From NCBI GenBank assembly GCA_046563655.1, contig JAJCTO010000009.1, positions 186,001 through 250,000 on the forward strand: a stretch of DNA of 64,000 nucleotides, written 5' to 3'. The translations under genes and the position numbers were made by a program. The DNA comes from Yuukianura sp. NJ FZ-2021 (Eukaryota). The notes beneath the pieces are model-generated. The model saw only the letters and a list, made by a program, of their open reading frames with translations. It searched no databases and had not been told where the DNA came from. Each line of letters opens with the position of its first letter. Position 1 is the stretch's first letter. This document shows positions 1 through 10,300 of the stretch, piece by piece.

Positions 1-783
1 GATTATGCGTCAGGTCATCAAGTTACAGGGACAAAATTTGGATTCAATTCGCCTTCCGACATTCGCTCAGATGCATTCGCTCAGAAAATCATTAAACTTG
101 CAACAGGACCAAAAACAAACGTCAAACAATAATCGAAGTCTCACCGAAATTGACAAACTTTCAAAATCGAAAGTAAGCCTAAATTTTGTTTTAAAGATGT
201 TTGTTTACTAAAGCGTACTTTTTGTTTTGTTTCGTCTCAGAATAAGGTATACTTGCAGCAGAACATGTCAACTCAGGAAGGAAATAATACTGCGGAGAAT
301 TGTGATCCGGATGTAGAGTCAAGTCAAAGCAATGGTGCTAAGAGGGTCAGATTCACAATTCAACAATCTCAGTCATTTTCCAATTCTTTTGGCATTGCTG
401 CCGCAATCAGTACAACATCCTTAGCTTCAATTGGTACAGACACCAAAACGGACTTCAGAGCTGGCGTTCTGAAAGATGTGCAACTTTCTACATCTCTGAA
501 CGTCGTCAATCGATCGATCTCCAAACGTAGTTCTCAAGGACACTACTAACAACGCATGTCGTCGCACTTTGTCTAATGTTTGTGCTAACCAGAAATCAAT
601 GAGTCACGAAATGATATATTACAGTTGAAACTTATTAGTCCTTAGTTTAGTTTTCTTATATTTTTGAAATAAAACTTCCGCTACGGTTTGAAAAGAATTA
701 AACACTCCATTTTTTAAAGTCCTATAAATAGTCAACTCTCTCCAGAAGACCAATGCTCAACCCTTGAGCATTGCCCTACCTTG
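1..783 (+). mobile_element. 3' end of a Helentron/Helitron2-like element, truncated by the window edge
   Basis: Ends in CTCCAGAAGAC (740-750), a perfect 10-bp hairpin CAATGCTCAA-CCC-TTGAGCATTG (751-773), then CCCTACCTTG, running into the satellite poly-T. This ~44-bp terminus nearly matches the 3' end of the three 1.17-kb elements (e.g. 39504-39547), but the sequence upstream of 740 is unrelated to them. Confidence 0.72.
2..549 (+). CDS. Putative terminal two exons (<2-172 and 241-549) of an unknown S/T/N/Q-rich protein
   Basis: GTAAGC donor at 173, branch-like TACTAA near 207, T-rich tract and CAG acceptor ending at 240 define a 68-nt phase-0 intron. Splicing joins track ORF 5..211 in frame to ORF 253..549 (..LSKSK|NKVYLQQNMSTQ..). 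AATAAA at 668-673. No family recognised. Confidence 0.5.
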
Positions 784-3700
784 TTTTCATTAAAAACTCC
801 CCAAAAAATCACTCTGGGCTGTCTGAGAAGTGAAAATTTCAAACCGATACTATGCTTCTGAAAGCCCATATGAAGTGTACCAATGTCAAGTTTTGACCAA
901 AAAATCCATTTTTTTCATTAAAAACTCCCCAAAAATCACTCTGGCCAATCTCAGAAGTGAAAATTTCAAGCCGATAATATGCTTCTGAAAGCCAATCTGA
1001 AGTGTACCAATGTCAAGTTTTGTCAAAAAAGATACATTTTTTTCACTAAAAACTCCCCAAAAAGTCATTCTGGGCCATCTGAGAAGTGAAAATTTCAAAC
1101 GGATAATATGCTTCTGAAAGCCCATATGAAGTGTACCAGTGTCAAGTTTTGTCAAAAAAATCCATTTTTTTCATTAAAAACTGCCCAAAAAGTCACTCTG
1201 GCCAATCTCAGAGTTGAAAATTTCAAACCGATACTATGCTTCTGAAAGCCCATATGAAGTGTACCAATGTCAAGTTTTGACAAAAAAAATCCATTTTTTT
1301 CATTAAAAACTCCCCAAAAAATCACTCTGGGCTGTCTGAGAAGTGAAAATTTCAAACCGATACTATGCTTCTGAAAGCTCATATGAAGTGTACCAATGTC
1401 AAGTTTTGACAAAAAAAAATCCATTTTTTTCATTAAAAACTCCCCAAAAAATCACTCTGGGCTGTCTGAGAAGTGAAAATTTCAAACCGATACTATGCTT
1501 CTGAAAGCTCATATGAAGTGTACCAATGTCAAGTTTTGACCAAAAAATCCATTTTTTTCAGTAAAAACTCCCCAAAAATCACTCTGGCCAATCTCAGAAG
1601 TGAAAATTTCAAGCCGATAATATGCTTCTGAAAGCCAATCTGAAGTGAACCAATCTCAATTTTTGTCAAAAAAATCAATTTTTTCATTAAAAACTCACCA
1701 AAAAATCACTCTGGGCTATCTGAGAAGTGAAAATTTCAAACCGATACTATGCTTCTGAAAGCCCATATGAAGTGTACCAATGTCAAGCTTTGACAAAAAA
1801 ATCCATTTTTTTCATTAAAAACTCCCCAAAAAATCACTCTGGGCTGTCTGAGAAGTGAAAATTTCAAACCAATACTATGCTTCTGAAAGGCCATATGAAG
1901 TGTACCAATGTCAAGTTTTGACCAAAAAATCCATTTTTTTCATTAAAAACTCCCCAAAAATCACTCTGGCCAATCTCAGAAGTGAAAATTTCAAGCCGAT
2001 AATATGCTTCTGAAAGCCAATCTGAAGTGAACCAATCTCAATTTTTGTCAAAAAAATCAATTTTTTCATTAAAAACTCACCAAAAAATCACTCTGGGCTA
2101 TCTGAGAAGTGAAAATTTCAAACCGATACTATGCTTCTGAAAGCCCATATGAAGTGTACCAATGTCAAGTTTTGACAAAAAAATCCATTTTTTTCATTAA
2201 AAACTCCCCAAAAAGTCACTCTGAGCTATCTGAGAAGTGAAAATTTCAAACCGATAATATTCTTCTGAAAGCCCATATGAAGTGTACCAATGTCAAGTTT
2301 TGACCAAAAAATCCATTTTTTTCATTAAAAACTCCCCAAAAATCACTCTGGCCAATCTCAGAAGTGAAAATTTCAAGACGATAATATGCTTCTGAAAGCC
2401 AATCTGAAGTGAACCAATCTCAATTTTTGTCAAAAAAATCACTCTTTTTCATTAAAAACTCACCAAAAAATCACTCTGGGCTATCTGAGAAGTGAAAATT
2501 TCAAACCGATACTATGCTTCTGAAAGCCCATATGAAGTGTACCAATGTCAAGTTTTGACAAAAAAATCCATTTTTTTCATTAAAAACTCACCAAAAAATC
2601 ACTCTGGGCTATCTGAGAAGTGAAAATTTCAAACCGATACTATGCTTCTGAAAGCCCATATGAAGTGTACCAATGTCAAGTTTTGACAAAAAAATCCATT
2701 TTTTTCATTAAAAACTCCCCAAAAAGTCACTCTGGGCTATCTGAGAAGTGAAAATTTCAAACCGATAATATTCTTCTGAAAGCCCATATGAAGTGTACCA
2801 ATGTCAAGTTTTGACAAAAAAAATCCATTTTTTTCATTAAAAACTCCCCAAAAAATCACTCTGGGCTGTCTGAGAAGTGAAAATTTCAAACCGATACTAT
2901 GCTTCTGAAAGCCCATATGAAGTGTACCAATGTCAAGTTTTGTCAAAAAAATCCATTTTTTTCATTAAAAACTGCCCAAAACGTCACTCTGGCCAATCTC
3001 AGAGTTGAAAATTTCAAACCGATACTATGCTTCTGAAAGCCCATATGAAGTGTACCAATGTCAAGTTTTGACAAAAAAAAATCCATTTTTTTCATTAAAA
3101 ACTCCCCAAAAAATCACTCTGGGCTGTCTGAGAAGTGAAAATTTCAAACCGATACTATGCTTCTGAAAGCTCATATGAAGTGTACCAATGTCAAGTTTTG
3201 ACCAAAAAATCCATTTTTTTCATTAAAAACTCCCCAAAAATCACTCTGGCCAATCTCAGAAGTGAAAATTTCAAGCCGATAATATGCTTCTGAAAGCCAA
3301 TCTGAAGTGAACCAATCTCAATTTTTGTCAAAAAAATCATTTTTTTTCATTAAAAACTCCCCAAAAAATCACTCTGGGCTATCTGAGAAGTGAAAATTTC
3401 AAACCGATACTATGCTTCTGAAAGCCCATATGAAGTGTACCAATGTCAAGTTTTGACAAAAAAATCCATTTTTTTCATTAAAAACTCCCCAAAAAATCAC
3501 TCTGGGCTGTCTGAGAAGTGAAAATTTCAAACCGATACTATGCTTCTGAAAGCTCATATGAAGTGTACCAATGTCAAGTTTTGACCAAAAAATCCATTTT
3601 TTTCAGTAAAAACTCCCCAAAAATCACTCTGGCCAATCTCAGAAGTGAAAATTTCAAGCCGATAATATGCTTCTGAAAGCCAATCTGAAGTGAACCAATC

Positions 3701-6633
3701 TCAATTTTTGTCAAAAAAATCAATTTTTTCATTAAAAACTCACCAAAAAATCACTCTGGGCTATCTGAGAAGTGAAAATTTCAAACCGATACTATGCTTC
3801 TGAAAGCCCATATGAAGTGTACCAATGTCAAGCTTTGACAAAAAAATCCATTTTTTTCATTAAAAACTCCCCAAAAAATCACTCTGGGCTGTCTGAGAAG
3901 TGAAAATTTCAAACCAATACTATGCTTCTGAAAGGCCATATGAAGTGTACCAATGTCAAGTTTTGACCAAAAAATCCATTTTTTTCATTAAAAACTCCCC
4001 AAAAATCACTCTGGTCAATCTCAGAAGTGAAAATTTCAAGCCGATAATATGCTTCTGAAAGCCAATCTGAAGTGAACCAATCTCAATTTTTGTCAAAAAA
4101 ACCATTTGTTTCATTAAAAACTCACCAAAAAATCACTCTGGGCTATCTGAGAAGTGAAAATTTCAAACCGATACTATGCTTCTGAAAGCCCATATGAAGT
4201 GTACCAATGTCAAGTTTTGACAAAAAAATCCATTTTTTTCATTAAAAACTCCCCAAAAAGTCACTCTGAGCTATCTGAGAAGTGAAAATTTCAAACCGAT
4301 AATATTCTTCTGAAAGCCCATATGAAGTGTACCAATGTCAAGTTTTGACCAAAAAATCCATTTTTTTCATTAAAAACTCCCCAAAAATCACTCTGGCCAA
4401 TCTCAGAAGTGAAAATTTCAAGACGATAATATGCTTCTGAAAGCCAATCTGAAGTGAACCAATCTCAATTTTTGTCAAAAAAATCACTCTTTTTCATTAA
4501 AAACTCACCAAAAAATCACTCTGGGCTATCTGAGAAGTGAAAATTTCAAACCGATACTATGCTTCTGAAAGCCCATATGAAGTGTACCAATGTCAAGTTT
4601 TGTCAAAAAAATCCATTTTTTTCATTAAAAACTGCCCAAAAAGTCACTCTGGCCAATCTCAGAGTTGAAAATTTCAAACCGATACTATGCTTCTGAAAGC
4701 CCATATGAAGTGTACCAATGTCAAGTTTTGACAAACAAAATCCATTTTTTTCATTAAAAACTCCCCAAAAAATCACTCTGGGCTGTCTGAGAAGTGAAAA
4801 TTTCAAACCGATACTATGCTTCTGAAAGCTCATATGAAGTGTACCAATGTCAAGTTTTGACCAAAAAATCCATTTTTTTCATTAAAAACTCCCCAAAAAT
4901 CACTCTGGCCAATCTCAGAAGTGAAAATTTCAAGCCGATAATATGCTTCTGAAAGCCAATCTGAAGTGAACCAATCTCAATTTTTGTCAAAAAAATCATT
5001 TTTTTTCATTAAAAACTCACCAAAAAATCACTCTGGGCTATCTGAGAAGTGAAAATTTCAAACCGATACTATGCTTCTGAAAGCCCATATGAAGTGTACC
5101 AATGTCAAGTTTTGTCAAAAAAATCCATTTTTTTCATTAAAAACTCCCCAAAAATCACTCTGGCCAATCTCAGAAGTGAAAATTTCAAGACGATAATATG
5201 CTTCTGAAAGCCAATCTGAAGTGAACCAATCTCAATTTTTGTCAAAAAAATCACTCTTTTTCATTAAAAACTCACCAAAAAATCACTCTGGGCTATCTGA
5301 GAAGTGAAAATTTCAAACCGATACTATGCTTCTGAAAGCCCATATGAAGTGTACCAATGTCAAGTTTTGTCAAAAAAATCCATTTTTTTCATTAAAAACT
5401 GCCCAAAAAGTCACTCTGGCCAATCTCAGAGTTGAAAATTTCAAACCGATACTATGCTTCTGAAAGCCCATATGAAGTGTACCAATGTCAAGTTTTGACA
5501 AACAAAATCCATTTTTTTCATTAAAAACTCCCCAAAAAATCACTCTGGGCTGTCTGAGAAGTGAAAATTTCAAACCGATACTATGCTTCTGAAAGCTCAT
5601 ATGAAGTGTACCAATGTCAAGTTTTGACCAAAAAATCCATTTTTTTCATTAAAAACTCCCCAAAAATCACTCTGGCCAATCTCAGAAGTGAAAATTTCAA
5701 GCCGATAATATGCTTCTGAAAGCCAATCTGAAGTGAACCAATCTCAATTTTTGTCAAAAAAATCATTTTTTCATTAAAAACTCACCAAAAAATCACTCTG
5801 GGCTATCTGAGAAGTGAAAATTTCAAACCGATACTATGCTTCTGAAAGCCCATATGAAGTGTACCAATGTCAAGTTTTGACAAAAAAATCCATTTTTTTC
5901 ATTAAAAACTCCCCAAAAAATCACTCTGGGCTGTCTGAGAAGTGAAAATTTCAAACCGATACTATGCTTCTGAAAGCTCATATGAAGTGTACCAATGTCA
6001 AGTTTTGACCAAAAAATCCATTTTTTTCAGTAAAAACTCCCCAAAAATCACTCTGGCCAATCTCAGAAGTGAAAATTTCAAGCCGATAATATGCTTCTGA
6101 AAGCCAATCTGAAGTGAACCAATCTCAATTTTTGTCAAAAAAATCAATTTTTTCATTAAAAACTCACCAAAAAATCACTCTGGGCTATCTGAGAAGTGAA
6201 AATTTCAAACCGATACTATGCTTCTGAAAGCCCATATGAAGTGTACCAATGTCAAGCTTTGACAAAAAAAAATCCATTTTTTTCATTAAAAACTCCCCAA
6301 AAAATCACTCTGGGCTGTCTGAGAAGTGAAAATTTCAAACCAATACTATGCTTCTGAAAGGCCATATGAAGTGTACCAATGTCAAGTTTTGACCAAAAAA
6401 TCCATTTTTTTCATTAAAAACTCCCCAAAAATCACTCTGGCCAATCTCAGAAGTGAAAATTTCAAGCCGATAATATGCTTCTGAAAGCCAATCTGAAGTG
6501 AACCAATCTCAATTTTTGTCAAAAAAATCATTTTTTTTTCATTAAAAACTCACCAAAAAATCACTCTGGGCTATCTGAGAAGTGAAAATTTCAAACCGAT
6601 ACTATGCTTCTGAAAGCCCATATGAAGTGTACC
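784..6633 (+). repeat. 128-bp satellite array, subtype A
   Basis: Tandem monomers close to CATTAAAAACTCCCCAAAAAATCACTCTGGGCTRTCTGAGAAGTGAAAATTTCAAACCGATACTATGCTTCTGAAAGCCCATATGAAGTGTACCAATGTCAAGTTTTGACAAAAAAATCCATTTTTTT (127-130 bp, varying with homopolymer length). Confidence 0.98.
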
Positions 6634-7181
6634 TGTTCGGGAATTTGCTTCCTGTTTGGCAGAGACAGGAATAGGTTACTAACTTTAGTGTAACTTTAAC
6701 TTTAGAATTGCTCTGGAAGAGATGAGACTGAAAGTGAAAGGGTTAGATTTACTTTTAGTGCTATTTACTTTTACTTTGATCCACTTGTGTGAAGTGAGAA
6801 AGGGTTAAGCGTTAGTTTTAAGGTGCATGCAATTTACTACTGTAAGGACTTGCGCACTAAAGTAAGGACAGTAAGTGTATCTAAAAGTAACCGCTCTCTT
6901 CACATTGCTATAGGATAAGTAACCGTTTTCTGGGTATTATTACTAAGCATAAGGAAGGAGGAGTGTTCCTCCACTATATTCATTTCATACAACAGTCTTC
7001 TTTTCATCTTCCTACTGTAAGGTCTCTTCTAATGAGTCATTGAGTAGCCATCTTAACTTTTCTTCTATTTCATCTTTTACCAATTACTAATTAGTCAAAA
7101 TAAATACTAAATCAAATCCACTTGACGTCAGAGCGGTCATCGATTATTTAGAACCACAAACATCAAGCATTCTATATTTCA
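6634..7181 (+). repeat. 5' LTR of BEL/Pao element 1
   Basis: TGTTCGGG...TATTTCA, 548 bp, repeated at 20042-20589 with no difference seen by eye. AATAAA at 7099-7104. Confidence 0.97.
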
Positions 7182-7193
7182 TGGTCCTTCGAG
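7182..7193 (+). promoter_or_regulatory. Primer-binding site, tRNA-Tyr type
   Basis: TGGTCCTTCGAG directly after the LTR, complementary to the 3' end of eukaryotic tRNA-Tyr (..CUCGAAGGACCA). Confidence 0.85.
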
Positions 7194-7381
7194 TCGAGCA
7201 TTGCGGTTGTGGATAATCGTCTATCGTCATTTTGGGTTTGACTAGTAACTTCCGTTGCTAGTACGGTAATTGGTTGACATAAATTGGTCATTTAGGATAT
7301 AACATTGCTAAATTCGAATCGGTTGTGTTGATTCGAACGGGTTAACTGTTTGCCGTGTCAGTTTATTCCATTTTTGCAGCA

Positions 7382-10300
7382 ATGGCTGATTATATGAAGT
7401 ACGTGTCAGTACGCACAGCCATTAAGGGAAAGTTGTCTCGGATCCTGTCTGAATTAAATGCGGACGGAACGCAGTACACTATACCCCAGCTACAAGTAAT
7501 GGTGGACACGATCAAGCAGCAACAAACCAAACTGGATGAAGTCCAATTGATGTTATTTTCCTACGTCAAGGAAGATGAAGAAATCGCTATTCAGTTGGAG
7601 GCTGGAGCGGTTGTTGAAGACTTAATTATGGCTTGTAACTTGCTTTTAGGTCAGAAAATTGCTGATTTGAAAGCAATTGATAAAGCTGTGGCTCCTCAGG
7701 CCAGTGGAAGTGGAACTACCAATCGTTTGGAGAACTGCGCCAAGTTGCCAAAATTGGAGTTGCCGACTTTCAATGGATCAATTGACCAGTGGATTGGCTT
7801 TCGTGACAGATTCACTGCAGTCATCAAAAATAACGATTCGCTCTCGCCGTGTGACAAACTCCAGTATCTCAAGTCCTGTTTGAAGGGTGAGGCTGGAAAA
7901 TTAATCAATCACTTTACCATTTCAGATTTGAATTTCGATCCAGCATGGGAAGTGTTGCTGGCCCGTTACAACAATGAAAGAGAAATCGTGTTCTCTTTAA
8001 TTCAAAAATTCTTTGGAGTTCCAAAAGTAAGTGGAGGTAGTAACCTCGCACAGCGCCTGCGCGAAACTGTCGATTCTTTTTTGCAGATTCGTAAATTACT
8101 GCAGGCTATGGGACGCAAAGTCGAGGATTGGGATGATCTGATGGTCGTGCTCTTAGTTGAGAAGTTGGACTCTGACACCACGAAGGAGTGGGCAAAGTCA
8201 CTTTCTGGGACCAAGATGCCGACGTTTGCTGATCTGGACAAATTCCTCGCTAATTACATTCCCAGTTTGTTTGCCTTTACTTGCAGTGAGAAAGTGAAGG
8301 AGAAACCTCAGACTCAGACGCAGGGAGAAACTAAAAATTCTCATTTGGCCAAAACGAAAGAGTCAAACTGCCAACTATGTACTGAGTCACATCCATTGTT
8401 CAGATGTCCGAAATTCGCAGGCCAAAAGCAGGAGGATAAGCTGTCATTCCTCAGAAAGAACAACATTTGTTTCAACTGCTTATCCAGAGGTCACTGGACT
8501 GAGAAGTGCCGCTGGAAAGGGTCATGTCGTAAGTGTGGTGAAAAACATAACACTTTAATTCACAGGGATGATGATCAGGAGGGAAAGAGACAGGAATCAA
8601 AGACTGTCCAACAACCTAAGGTCGCTCAGCCCAGTCAGTCAAAATCGGTATCTGCCAATTTTGTCAGTGGAGTTGGTGTACTGCTGTCCACAGCCATGGT
8701 TGACATTGAGGACTCGTGTGGATCAAACCAACGTTGCCGTGTCTTCCTTGACAGTGGGTCGGAAGCATCATTCATCACTGAAAAATGTGTAAGTAAATTG
8801 GGACTTCAAAGACGTAAGTGTAACGTGGAAATTAATGGTGTTGGTGCCAATGGTGTAGCCAAAGCCAAAGGAACTGTTGAGTTTCGCCTAAAGTCATGTA
8901 CTAATCAATTCGAAATCGATGTATGTGCTTTGATCTTACCAAAAGTTACAGGAAACTTGCCTTCTTTCACTGTGGGCTCAGAGTGGAAGTCATGGGATCA
9001 TCTCGTTGGAGTGACATTGGCTGACCCCAGATTTTACGAGCCACGAGAAATTGATGTACTGTTGGGTGCTGACGTAGTGGAGCATATTTTTCTTGACCGA
9101 CGGATGACAGGAAGTCGTTTTGAGCCCGTGGCCCGCTTTAGTCACCTCGGTTGGATTCTCTCTGGTCCTGTGTCCAGTTCAGATGGAAGGGACAATGTGA
9201 TGTCGTCCACTGTCAGTATCAAAGTACACTCCGCGTCCGTGGATTGCGAAGATGTTTTGCAACGATTCTGGGAATTGGAGAATGTTCCGAATCATCCCAA
9301 TTGGACTCGGGAAGAAAAAGAGGCAGAAAACCACTTCGTAAATCATGTCCGTAGGGACAATGGAAGGTACGTTGTTGACATTCCGTTCAAATCTAACATT
9401 TCAGGTCTTGGAAAGTCGAGGGACATTGCTCTCAACCGTTTCTTCTCGATGGAGAGGAAATTGGCCAAGGACCAGGAGCTCAAGGCTCAGTACGTTGACT
9501 TCATGAACGATTATCTGGCTCGAGGTCACATGGAATTAGTTCCAAAAGCAGAAGTTGGTGAGAAAGTTGGCGTGACTCACTATTTACCTCATCATTCTGT
9601 CCTGAAAGAGGATAGTCTGACAACGAAATTGAGAGTTGTCTTTGATGGGTCATGTAAGTCAACCACTAATTTGTCTATAAACCAATGTATGCTGGTCGGA
9701 CCCGTGGTACAGCCAGATCTTTTTACTCATTTGTTGAGATTTCGGTTGAAAAACGTTGCCTTAAAGTCTGACATCCAAAAGATGTACAGACAGTTTTTAG
9801 TCTCTCCTGCAGATTGTGACCGACAGAGGATCCTTTGGAGAGAGACTCGAAATCAACCAATTCTAGAGTACAGGCTGAAAACGATTACCTACGGGACAGC
9901 CTCGGCTCCATTTCTGGCCACAAGACTGTTAAATCAAATAGCAGACGATGGGAGCGAGAAATTTCCAAAGGCAGCTGAGACTCTGAAGAAAAATTTTTAC
10001 GTTGATGACCTACTCGCCAGTTTCGATTCGGTTTCTGAAGCGATTGAGGTAAGACAACAGTTGGAATCTGTTTTGTCTAGTGCTGGTCTTGTCCTATGTA
10101 AGTGGGACTCAAATGTGTCTGAAATTGTGTGTAATTCTGTGGAAAAGTCTAATCTAATTAATTTGACCAAAAGTGACGTGTCAAAAGCGTTGGGAGTCCA
10201 GTGGGATTCCGTAGTCGATTGTTTCTCTTTTCCAGATTACAGATGTATCCAGAAGTCATTTACAAAGAGAGATCTCCTAAAGGAAATAGCGAGAGTCTTT

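Noticed and set aside
6737..6812. Telomere-like GGGTTA motifs in the LTRs
   Set aside because: Only two isolated copies per LTR, not tandem. Treated as part of the conserved LTR motif cassette instead.
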